This document shows positions 10,851 through 19,649 of a stretch of DNA of 32,000 nucleotides, in pieces. The DNA lies in assembly GCF_013365435.1 (NCBI RefSeq), contig NZ_CP046577.1, positions 870,001 through 902,000 on the forward strand. Direction: 5' to 3'. The notes beneath the pieces are model-generated. The model worked only from the letters and a program-made list of their open reading frames with translations. It was not told where the DNA came from and ran no database searches. This DNA is from Wolbachia endosymbiont of Litomosoides sigmodontis. Its GTDB lineage: Bacteria > Pseudomonadota > Alphaproteobacteria > Rickettsiales > Anaplasmataceae. The position numbers and the translations under genes were made by a program. Position 1 is the first letter of the stretch; every line of letters starts with the position of its first letter.

Positions 10851-11941
10851 AAGTCTTACTGTATAAAGAACGGATAAACAATAATGGAAAAGGAAGCCTT
10901 ACTGAAGTAAGTAAAATAGCGATGTTTAGATGGCATAAAAATCAAAATCATTGAATGAAAAAATCGTGAAATCAGCAAAATAAATACTGAAGAAAGTGCG
11001 AAATAATGCATACGTTGCAAAAAAATTAAATGCTGTAATTGTAGCAAAAAGCACAATATAACAGCCGTATCAAGAATACCTTGTATTTCAAGAACAGCAC
11101 TAACTGTATGAATAAAGCACCTAAAATTTGAAAAAAAAGAAAAACTGTTTACTTTACCTCAAAGGGGTAGAAAAACTAGATTGAATCAAAGCAATTTGAA
11201 CAGGTTGAGTATGTATACAAAAAAATCTAATATCACCATTAAAGGAATGATAATAGTAATCTAGAAAAAATTTGGCTTAAATGCCAGAAGTCTACAAACA
11301 TATGCAAAAAATGAAGTTTTCGTATATTACGTCAAAACCAATTCTCAATAAACAAGATAAAGTAGATAAGAAGACTTTAAAAAACTTAATGAAACTATTG
11401 GTAAGTATTCTGAACAAGAGTTATTCATCTTTGATGAATCGCGGAGGTTGCATACATTTAAAAGTTGAATACTGGTGGTCTAAAAAGGGTGTTAGAACGC
11501 AGGTTAAAGTAGAATTAAATAGACAAAAATTTTCATCTTTACAGTGCAGTTAATCCTAGAAATAGAAAGAGTACTATCTTATTTGCGCTTAAATATAAGT
11601 ACTGATTGTATGAATACATTTCTTGAATAAATGTTGCAATATTTAAGAATAAGAGAAATCTTTCTTATCATGGATTGTGTCAGTTGAGATAAGCCAAGAA
11701 ATTTAAAGGCACCTAAAATATTGAGATTATATACCTACCACCATGCTTACCAGAACTCAATTCTGTTGAGAACTTTAGTTCTATATAAAACACAGAACAT
11801 TTTGTGCAGTAAAGTTTATAATACAATTGCCTTTTGTTTGAGAGCGCTTTGTGCAAAGCTATCACCTCTCTTTTTCACTCTGTAATTAAGCAACTCTGCA
11901 ATGTAACTTATTTGAATTATTAAAAATAAGAATTGGTGTAA
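10851..11941 (+). mobile_element. Decayed IS630-family element, full length (copy G, ~1.09 kb)
   Basis: Collinear with copy E. Remnants include MQKMKFSYITSKPILNKQDKVDKKTLKNLMKLL (ORF-track 11281..11553), IFDESR, LIMD and YLPPCLPELNSVE. The right end is aaaaataagaattggtgtaa. Confidence 0.85.
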
Positions 11942-11998
11942 GCTTATATAGATTATAAACTTAGAGATATCAATTTTATAACAATAATGCTGACCAAA

Positions 11999-13309
11999 CT
12001 AAATATTTGCTCTAGTTTCAATAAGCATTGTTAAAGGATTCTCTATATAATGTTTAAAGGCATTTAAAAACTTTGCTCCTAACACTCCGTCAACTATTCT
12101 GTGGTCAACAGAGAGTGTTACTGTTATTATTTCTGCTATCTCTATTTTTTCATTGATAACAATAGGCTGTTTTTTAGATGTACCAACAGCCATAATGCAA
12201 GATTGTGGTGGATTAATTATAGCGCTAAAAGCTTTTATATTGAACATACCTAAGTTGGAGATAGTAAATCCTCCACCTTGAAATTCTTCTAGTCTCAATT
12301 TTCCAGATCTTGCTCTGATTACTAAATCTTTCACTTCTTTTGATATAGATAAAATACCTTTTTCATCAGCATTTTTCACTATAGGAGTGATAAGCCCATC
12401 TTCAAGTGCTACAGCGATTGAAATATCTATATTCACATATCTCAGTATCTTATTATCTATCCATGAAGAATTTATATCAGGAAATTTTTTCATGCTGAAA
12501 GCTGCAGCTTTTATAATTAAGTCGTTAATCGTCACTTTATTGTTTACATCTGCTGAGTTAATTTCATTTTTGAGCGATATTAGCTTATCAACTTGGCAGT
12601 CTACAGTTAAGTAAAAATGTGGAACATTTCGTTTGGCCTCAATTAGGCGCTGTGCTATCACTTGGCGCATGTTACTTACTTCAATTATAGTATCTTCATC
12701 CGATCTTTCACGATTTTTAATTTGTATATCACTATCTAAAAACTCCAACACGTCAACTTTAATAATGCGACCATATGGCCCAGTACCCTTTAACCGTCTA
12801 ATATTAACCCCTTCATTCTGAGCTATCTTTTTAGCTAATGGGCTTATTTTTATTCTACTTTCTTCTGTTATCTTGGTACCCCCTTCCTTCTTGTCCCACA
12901 GTGTCAAGCACTGAGAGGAGATTGAACGGTTAGATAATACTGAAGAATTAAATGATACGAAAGAGTTGGATGACATTGAAGAGGTGGTTGCAACTTTTTC
13001 CTTAGCCACAATACTGGTAGCAGAAACTGAAACATAGTTATCAGCCGCACTTTTGTCTTCTCCTTCTTCCAGCATTATAGCTATCAGCTGATTTACAGGT
13101 ACGCCACTTGTTCCTTCCGATACTAAAATTTTAGCCAAAACTCCCTCATCCACAGATTCAAACTCCATTATAGCTTTATCAGTTTCTATTTCAGCAATGA
13201 CATCACCTACTTCAACTCTATCCTGCTCTTTTTTACACCACTTCACAATCTTTCCCCCAGTTTTACTCATCGTTGGAGAAAGAGCAGGCATTAATACTTC
13301 TATAGGCAT
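11999..13309 (-). CDS. pdhC: Pyruvate dehydrogenase complex dihydrolipoamide acetyltransferase (E2)
   Basis: 436-aa ORF. The N-terminus MPIEVLMPALSPTM and the lipoyl-lysine motif ETDKA mark the lipoyl domain. It also has an E3/E1-binding segment (ISPLAKKIAQNEGVN) and the C-terminal catalytic motif DHRIVDG. Confidence 0.93.
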   Translation of the reverse strand: MPIEVLMPALSPTMSKTGGKIVKWCKKEQDRVEVGDVIAEIETDKAIMEFESVDEGVLAKILVSEGTSGVPVNQLIAIMLEEGEDKSAADNYVSVSATSIVAKEKVATTSSMSSNSFVSFNSSVLSNRSISSQCLTLWDKKEGGTKITEESRIKISPLAKKIAQNEGVNIRRLKGTGPYGRIIKVDVLEFLDSDIQIKNRERSDEDTIIEVSNMRQVIAQRLIEAKRNVPHFYLTVDCQVDKLISLKNEINSADVNNKVTINDLIIKAAAFSMKKFPDINSSWIDNKILRYVNIDISIAVALEDGLITPIVKNADEKGILSISKEVKDLVIRARSGKLRLEEFQGGGFTISNLGMFNIKAFSAIINPPQSCIMAVGTSKKQPIVINEKIEIAEIITVTLSVDHRIVDGVLGAKFLNAFKHYIENPLTMLIETRANI

Positions 13310-13375
13310 TTATTATAAGTTTAAAATCTATTCAATTTTTAATTTATTCTTTATCTTGTGTCAATCTAATCATGA

Positions 13376-13810
13376 ATCTTAATAAATAAATCTACCATAT
13401 TATTGTCTTTATTATTTAGCTTCAATTTGTTTGCTCACGACTTTATCACAACAAAATCAAACAAATTCAATCTGAAAACAGTGCAAGGGTTTCACTATCC
13501 TATAACATGGATATACACTTGTAAAAATCTACTCCTAAAAATAATAGAAGAGTTTAAAAATTGGCAAAAGGTCTATAATATCAACAAAGACTGTGGATGG
13601 ACAAAAAGTAATCTACTTAGCAATAAGCGCTCGCGATGATAAAAAAAGATACTCATGAATATCAAAACAGAGTACAGACAGTAAGATTATTATAAAAATA
13701 GACAAGTCAGTTATAATGAGACTAGAAAAGTGTAATAAAGAATGGTGCCTTGCTATTTTACTAAAACACAAAGCTTGAATATAAAAAAACATATATATGA
13801 AATTAATTAG
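13376..13810 (+). pseudogene. SH3-like (DUF1058-type) periplasmic protein pseudogene
   Basis: Frame 1 reads LLFSFNLFAHDFITTKSNKFNLKTVQGFHYPITWIYTCKNLLLKIIEEFKNWQKVYNINKDCGWTKSNLLSNKRS. The homology then continues in other frames (MIKKDTHEYQN..., then TDSKIIIKIDKSVIMRLEKCNKEWCLAILLKHKA followed by TGA where the family has Trp). There is no in-frame ATG, at least two frameshifts near 13633 and 13675, and in-frame stops near 13776. The family assignment is from memory of the DUF1058/SH3 pattern. Confidence 0.55.
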
Positions 13811-13811
13811 G

Positions 13812-14321
13812 TCAAAAAAGATCTCGAATGATAGTAGTTTCTGAACCTTCTGCAGCATCCTCTTCGTGTGAAGTAGAAGGTTCTTCACACTTCGGAAAAT
13901 TACTCTCTTGTACAGGACTATTACATTGCACACAGAAACTCCTTAACACCTCTCCAGCAGATAAATTTAAAATTTTTATAATAGATTTTTCACTTTGTTC
14001 TTTTAGTAATTGACCTGCCAAGAAATCAATCTAGGAAATTTGTGCTATCTTCTTTTTTAGCTTCACTTTTGATTTTATTTCCTATACTTGCAATTTCATC
14101 TTAGTCAATTTCCTTTTTTATTATGTTGAATGAATTTGCAATACCTTAAATGCTTGATCCTATAATAGCTACTATCAATTACATAAAGAGTAATAGAATT
14201 AAATAGATCACTTGCAGCACTTATATATGGCGTAAATCAAATAATCATTATGATGTTCAACGTAAAATTGTTGTTCTATTAACTCAGAAATTTTGCTTTT
14301 TAGAGGTATAAAATACCCCAT
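13812..14321 (-). pseudogene. Unrecognised decayed ORF directly downstream of the 931-aa gene (possible pseudogene)
   Basis: A minus-strand reading starts at the ATG at 14321 (MGYFIPLKSKISELIEQQFYVEHHNDYLIY...). It can be followed only by switching frames (...EIDxDEIASIGNKIKSEAKKEDSTNFLD...) into the 69-aa ORF 13812..14021 (AGQLLKEQSEKSIIKILNLSAGEVLRSFCVQCNSPVQ...). I could not assign it to any family. Confidence 0.25.
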
Positions 14322-14473
14322 CTTTATATAAGAGCCTATACCCTTTTTGCAAAAATAACAGCAACTAAGCCTAAATAACAAGCTTACACGTATTTTATTT
14401 TAATTAATTATTAAAGTACAGTGATAGAACCTATACCTTTCAGGTAGTTTAGTTATAATTCTGGATCTTTTAG

Positions 14474-17269
14474 CTATAGCCCTAATAATTTCTTTTTGAT
14501 TTCTTCCTCTATCTCCCTAGTCAGATTAGAATAAAATTTTCCAATTAAATTGCTAATACTAGCATTACTATTCTGGCCTACAAGAGCATTAACTATTTTT
14601 TCCACTTCTTTATCATCAACTTGTACAGATTTAATAATAACATAACCAGGAGAGCCTCTGCTATAGACTTGATTAGTGTTATCAATACAACCACCTGCAC
14701 CAGGATTACTACTCTTAAAATCACTGCTACACTTTACTATTTCATACTTAACTTTACCATCTTCTATATACGCTACTTGATTATCTTCTGTAAAATCTTT
14801 ACCTGTTACTACTGTTGGATTTCCTAATATCTCTAAATTACCTAAATTATCATGAACCTTTGTCTTCTTATACTCTTTTCCACCATATATTCTATGCTTA
14901 CCACCACCTGCAACAGTAATTAAATCTTTACAATTTACTTCTGAAGAGTCTTTGCACATCTTTATGAAAGTTGGTCCACCATCCTTATTGGATATATTAT
15001 TTGTGAGTCCCCCTCCTCCCTCTGTAGCTTGAGCCCTAATTATAGGATAATTAGGGTCAATCTTCAATTGAACTTTAATATAATCTCCCGGCATTCCTAA
15101 TCTACTTTCCGTAGAGTGAGCTGTATTTTTTATATGACCTGCTTCACCACCTCCCCATGCTTCTATCTCAATAGAATCATATTTCGATAAATCATCTGTA
15201 TAATTATCATCACTTGAAAAGATATAAGCTTGTGGCAAATTTCTACTTTTTAGCCGCTTATTTATTGTATCAAGCACCTTCTTCTTCACACTCTCTAAAT
15301 CAAGCCTACATAATTTATCAGCGTAAAAGACCTCTGTTCTGTCTGCTTTAATTGGTCGATCTTTTAATTGTGTGCACTTCTGTATTTCATTTTTTTCATT
15401 TCTCAATGTTTTACCATCTTTGTCTTTACAATCCACTTCTTCATATCTTAAGTAAAACGGATTACCATCTTCTTTATTTAAATATTGCTCTAAATCTACC
15501 AGTTTATATACTATTCTCAGTCCTTTATCAGATGCAAATGCTTTATCTATTTCATCATCTCTTTTTACACAGTAACTACATTTCTTCTTCTCTTGTTCAT
15601 TTTCTTCAGGAAAGAAAATGTATCCTTGCTTGTCAAATATCATTTCATCTAACTGTTTTTGAGGTCTTTTCAACAGGTCGACTATTTCCCTTTTCTTACT
15701 TGGAAGATAATAGAACTGATTTGATTCCATTGAATAAACAGCATTGTATTTAATATACCTCGCTCCTATTGATTTTAGCAATACTATCTCACCATCCTTC
15801 TCAAGAACAAACTCTTCTGGCTCTGCCTTCCAACCAGAAAGGCAAAGCATTTTATTATTAGAATCTCCTTGATCTCTTACTCTCATATATCTCACTTTTA
15901 TTTTTGGTTGTCCCATATCATCCAATTCCCACTTAGTAGGTCCAATTTCATTATTTTTGGTAGAATTTGTTATACTGTAATCCTTGCCATCAGAAAACCG
16001 AATCCCAATATTAGGAGTAAGCCCATACTTTTCTAAAATTTTAAACTGAGGATTCTTTTTTAATATACTTTCTACAATATCAGTGATATTACCTTTATTA
16101 TTATTACCATTAGTTGTTTTTTTTACTATCCTGGGCTTGACTACTTTTAAAGATAGAGGGCCAATATTTGTTAAAGAATCAGTATTAACATAGAAAGTAT
16201 TTGCACTCATCTTCATCTTTACTTCTAGTGTATTTTCATCTACTATTTCCACCCTTTCAGGTTCTGGAGCAGGTGGAGCTGGAAAACAGCGGACAGACTG
16301 CAGATTTTCTTTATCTATATTTTGAGTTCCATAGTATTCAGCACAGAGCTTACCCCTTTTTCTATAGGTCTTAAAGTAATGGGTAGTACCTCTATCATCT
16401 TCAATTTCATGTGAAGTTCTTTGAAAATTCAAGTCTTTTTTTCCTAGTTTATCAATGATTACTCTAACTCTTGGATTAAAGTAATCATTGTCCTTATCTG
16501 TTATAGGAACAATTTTAACCTGTGGAGAGAACATTCCAAGTTGTTCACAGAATGGAAGTGGACCAGGTGCAAGTGGTATAGGAGCACACTTTATCTTTTG
16601 CTTTCCCTGACTCCACGATGAACAGGTATCACAAGCTTTTTCCATCTCCCCAGGACGGAAAATATTTCCACCTAAAAATACTCTAGCACCCCATGAAGAA
16701 ATTCCTGACATACAAGCCCCCTTTTGACTGCAAGCGCATATTTTAGGAGAGTTAGCAAATTTTACTTTCTCTTCATCAGTAACATTGTCTGCCCATTCCC
16801 ACTCAAGACCCTTCGCAATTCCTTCTTTGATTTTTTTACTGCTATCTGCCTGAATCGTTCCACTAGCCAACATTTTATCCCCTTCCCAATCGATAAAAAC
16901 TGCAGCAGAAACTCCAGCACCTGTACTTTGTGTTCCATATATCTGATGGCAAGATGTTCCACTAGTTAATATATAACAATTATTTTTTCCCCCATAATCA
17001 CAGACCTGAATCTTTGGATTAAAATAACCATCAATCCCTTGGTCTCTTACCTGCCTTACTGTAATGTATTGGTATGATTCTTCGTCGATTCGAAAACTTC
17101 CAGCAGTACCGAGACTAAAAATTTTTGCAAAACCCTCTAAAGCTTTTCTGCCCCCAGCTTCAAATTTAGTATTACTCTCTACAAAAGGTGGACAATCAGC
17201 ATATACTTGGCACGAAAGATAAAATGTTAAAAATAGTATCAATAAAAAATTAAGTCTTACACTTTCCAT
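14474..17269 (-). CDS. Large secreted cysteine-rich protein with a C-terminal glycine-rich (tail-fibre-like) domain, 931 aa, function unknown
   Basis: Uninterrupted 931-aa ORF with an ATG start lying 20 nt inside the end of the VirB4-like gene. The N-terminus MESVRLNFLLILFLTFYLSCQVYA/DC looks like a Sec signal (V-Y-A cleavage site, or an atypical LSC lipobox). It has 24 Cys, Pro-rich linkers, repeated DxYFNP(K/R) and VRDQG motifs, and Gly clusters at aa 700-880. Confidence 0.85.
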   Translation of the reverse strand: MESVRLNFLLILFLTFYLSCQVYADCPPFVESNTKFEAGGRKALEGFAKIFSLGTAGSFRIDEESYQYITVRQVRDQGIDGYFNPKIQVCDYGGKNNCYILTSGTSCHQIYGTQSTGAGVSAAVFIDWEGDKMLASGTIQADSSKKIKEGIAKGLEWEWADNVTDEEKVKFANSPKICACSQKGACMSGISSWGARVFLGGNIFRPGEMEKACDTCSSWSQGKQKIKCAPIPLAPGPLPFCEQLGMFSPQVKIVPITDKDNDYFNPRVRVIIDKLGKKDLNFQRTSHEIEDDRGTTHYFKTYRKRGKLCAEYYGTQNIDKENLQSVRCFPAPPAPEPERVEIVDENTLEVKMKMSANTFYVNTDSLTNIGPLSLKVVKPRIVKKTTNGNNNKGNITDIVESILKKNPQFKILEKYGLTPNIGIRFSDGKDYSITNSTKNNEIGPTKWELDDMGQPKIKVRYMRVRDQGDSNNKMLCLSGWKAEPEEFVLEKDGEIVLLKSIGARYIKYNAVYSMESNQFYYLPSKKREIVDLLKRPQKQLDEMIFDKQGYIFFPEENEQEKKKCSYCVKRDDEIDKAFASDKGLRIVYKLVDLEQYLNKEDGNPFYLRYEEVDCKDKDGKTLRNEKNEIQKCTQLKDRPIKADRTEVFYADKLCRLDLESVKKKVLDTINKRLKSRNLPQAYIFSSDDNYTDDLSKYDSIEIEAWGGGEAGHIKNTAHSTESRLGMPGDYIKVQLKIDPNYPIIRAQATEGGGGLTNNISNKDGGPTFIKMCKDSSEVNCKDLITVAGGGKHRIYGGKEYKKTKVHDNLGNLEILGNPTVVTGKDFTEDNQVAYIEDGKVKYEIVKCSSDFKSSNPGAGGCIDNTNQVYSRGSPGYVIIKSVQVDDKEVEKIVNALVGQNSNASISNLIGKFYSNLTREIEEEIKKKLLGL

Positions 17270-19604
17270 AAAATATCGGCAGCCACTTATTCACTTCTTC
17301 TCCTTCTTCTTTTATTGCTTCATACATATACTTTATAGTCTCTTTGTTGGCTGAGAGCACATGTATTTCTTGCATATTCTTCAAATCTAAATTTAAAGTT
17401 ACTAATCCTTTATACTGCTTTATTAAAAATAAACCTTCTTGAGTTGGTGTTTGCAAAATTATATTCAGTTCCTCTTTTGATAAGGAAAATGCTTTCATAT
17501 ACAATCTATTCGCATTGACATTCGGCATTAAAATTCTTGTATCAACATGTTTATCTAAATATTGAGTAAATTCGCTAGCAAATGCCAAGTTTAAGTTTTC
17601 AGTACTTAGAATTACTACAACATTTAATTCTGTCATTCTTTGCATCCAATTATCAAATTCTTCCTCTGTAGAAAAAATATTACTTATCTCCCATGCTTCA
17701 TCTAAAACAAGTATTGCAGGCGAGCCATCACACTGAGCTTCAAAAGAATGTAAAAAATAGTAAAGTATTACAGACATACATTCTTTACATTTTGTCAGGT
17801 TTGCAGTATTAAGAGATATAATTTTTGTTCCCCAGTCAATATTTGATTCATCACCACCTTGAAATAAATAAGCAAATTCACCATCACCACACCATTTATT
17901 TATCTTACCTTCCAAGAGCAAGAGCATCTCAGAAATTTGTGAAATAGAACGCGATTCTCTAGGTATAGCAAATATAAAATCTACAACTTTTTTTATCTTT
18001 TCTTCTACATCTACTAAGTCAGTATCTACCACCATTCTCTTGATCAGTTCAATCAGCACATTGCGATTGGAAACATTATCTTCAACGTTTAATGGGTTAA
18101 ATTTTAGGCTTTTATTTTTATATCTCGGATCGATTACATAATATTTACCACTCACTGCTTTGGTAAAAATTATTGATTTTCCAGTATTATCTAATATGAT
18201 AATCCTGGGATTAAATTTTCTTGACTCCGACAATAGAAAATTAATCAATGAGGTTCTACCAGAATTTGGAGCTCCAAGTATCGTAGTGTGACCATTGTTT
18301 TTCTTTCCATGAAAATTAAAGAAGTAAGGACTTCCCTTTTTCGAAAAAAAGACCGTTACTGCTTCTTTCCATCTTCCACCTTTAAATGTACCTGACGTAA
18401 AATCATGTAGCATAGCAAAACTGCAAGCGTATTTTGCTAATATATTTTTTGGTTGTGTAATAAAAGCAAAATTGCCTGGAAGGCGTGCCCAAAAATGATC
18501 TTCCATATGAAGGTCAGTCCTAAACATCATCAAACCAATTAACGACATCACGGAAGATAAACTGCTAATATTTTCGGCCAATTTATTTTTACCATCTGCA
18601 AAAATCGTAAAAATAATCTTCTGTTGGCAAAAGTCTATAGCAGAAGTTTTTTCAAGTTCTATTATTTCTTTTATTTCTGAATTTCGAAATAAAGTATTAT
18701 CCTCACTGGCTTGTAGCATATTAATTTGTTTTTTAAATTCTTTTACTGCCTTATTATTACTAGTAAATATTATTATTTCTGTGATAATAAGCTCAGAGTC
18801 AAGTTGCAAGCACTTGTTTATATTGCCCAAGGGAATTTCCCGATATTCCTTTATGCAAAAAATAGAGCCAAACTTCTGTTGATTTTCAAATATTGTTTGA
18901 AATGTATTAAAACCGAAAGCTACTTTTAAATTTTTAATATGTTGCGACAGATCCATTTCACATATTGGATGATCCTTATGCGTTAATGTAACAATATAAT
19001 GGAGAAATTCCATCATCTCAGAATATATTTCATCCTCATTAAACCTCAGAGCCAGTTTTTTAGCTCCGAAAAATTCTAAGTCACTTTGAATTAAATCAGT
19101 TACCTTCTGTAATTTGCGATAATTTTCTTGTAAAGACAACTTATGCTTATTCTTTATCCCACCGAAAAAAAGTGAATTATTACTATGCTTATTAAAATTG
19201 CTAACTAATACCACAATGTACAACTCATTTATATACTGTAATTTACTATCAGTGAGTTTACCAAGCCACGTTAAGTGTAGCTTATCAGAAAAATCTCCAG
19301 TCTTATTCCATTTCAAACTCAGCTTATTACGCTTTCTAACAGTATGAATCCAAATGGTAAAACATAGGCTATTAATATTTTTTAATATACTTTTTCTAAT
19401 CTCAGTTCTAAGATCGCTGTAATTATCAGCAGAGAAGTAATCTTCTAATTTAATTATCTTTAATAACTCCCCATGTTTTGTCAGTATTGTTTCTTTATCG
19501 TAATGACAAGCATAAGGAATGAAATCCAAATTAATACTCTCTAATAATGCTAAATTATTCTTTTTTTTAAACTTAGGATTAATTGTTGGTGTTTTTACTT
19601 GCAT
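17250..19604 (-). CDS. virB4: Type IV secretion ATPase VirB4 paralogue (VirB4-2/RvhB4-II-like) with a degenerate P-loop
   Basis: 784-aa ORF with an ATG start. The N-terminal region is VirB4/CagE/TrbE-type (LDFIPYACHYDKETILTKHGELLKIIKLEDY). The P-loop is GAPNSGRTS, with an Arg codon at 18255-18257 where Lys is canonical. Walker B is PAILVLDEAW (D-E at 17697-17702). Confidence 0.9.
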   Translation of the reverse strand: MQVKTPTINPKFKKKNNLALLESINLDFIPYACHYDKETILTKHGELLKIIKLEDYFSADNYSDLRTEIRKSILKNINSLCFTIWIHTVRKRNKLSLKWNKTGDFSDKLHLTWLGKLTDSKLQYINELYIVVLVSNFNKHSNNSLFFGGIKNKHKLSLQENYRKLQKVTDLIQSDLEFFGAKKLALRFNEDEIYSEMMEFLHYIVTLTHKDHPICEMDLSQHIKNLKVAFGFNTFQTIFENQQKFGSIFCIKEYREIPLGNINKCLQLDSELIITEIIIFTSNNKAVKEFKKQINMLQASEDNTLFRNSEIKEIIELEKTSAIDFCQQKIIFTIFADGKNKLAENISSLSSVMSLIGLMMFRTDLHMEDHFWARLPGNFAFITQPKNILAKYACSFAMLHDFTSGTFKGGRWKEAVTVFFSKKGSPYFFNFHGKKNNGHTTILGAPNSGRTSLINFLLSESRKFNPRIIILDNTGKSIIFTKAVSGKYYVIDPRYKNKSLKFNPLNVEDNVSNRNVLIELIKRMVVDTDLVDVEEKIKKVVDFIFAIPRESRSISQISEMLLLLEGKINKWCGDGEFAYLFQGGDESNIDWGTKIISLNTANLTKCKECMSVILYYFLHSFEAQCDGSPAILVLDEAWEISNIFSTEEEFDNWMQRMTELNVVVILSTENLNLAFASEFTQYLDKHVDTRILMPNVNANRLYMKAFSLSKEELNIILQTPTQEGLFLIKQYKGLVTLNLDLKNMQEIHVLSANKETIKYMYEAIKEEGEEVNKWLPIFYGKCKT

Positions 19605-19649
19605 ACAACATCATGCATATTCAACAAAGATAACTTTAATAAGTGATAC

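Noticed and set aside
10856-11553. ORFs 10856..11056 (-) and 11281..11553 (+), and similarly 1132..1358, 20088..20476, 24568..24774 and 25034..25252
   Set aside because: All lie inside decayed IS630-type copies. The plus-sense ones are fragments of the dead transposase and the others are antisense noise. None is a functional transposase gene.
12387-13382. Plus-strand ORFs 12387..12614, 12633..12821 and 13197..13382
   Set aside because: They are antisense to pdhC (E2). No motifs and no plausible start context.
13613-14021. Overlapping ORFs 13613..13933 (-) and 13828..14013 (+)
   Set aside because: 13613..13933 is antisense to the SH3-like pseudogene remnant and overlaps 13812..14021 in another frame. 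13828..14013 is antisense to 13812..14021. Only the latter was kept, as part of a low-confidence pseudogene.
14621-16969. ORFs 14621..14827, 15352..15753, 16724..16969 (+) and 16762..16962 (-) inside the 931-aa gene
   Set aside because: They are nested in, or antisense to, a 2.8-kb uninterrupted frame. Their translations are hydrophobic AT-rich noise.
18726-18929. 67-aa plus-strand ORF inside the VirB4 paralogue
   Set aside because: Antisense shadow of a strongly supported gene.
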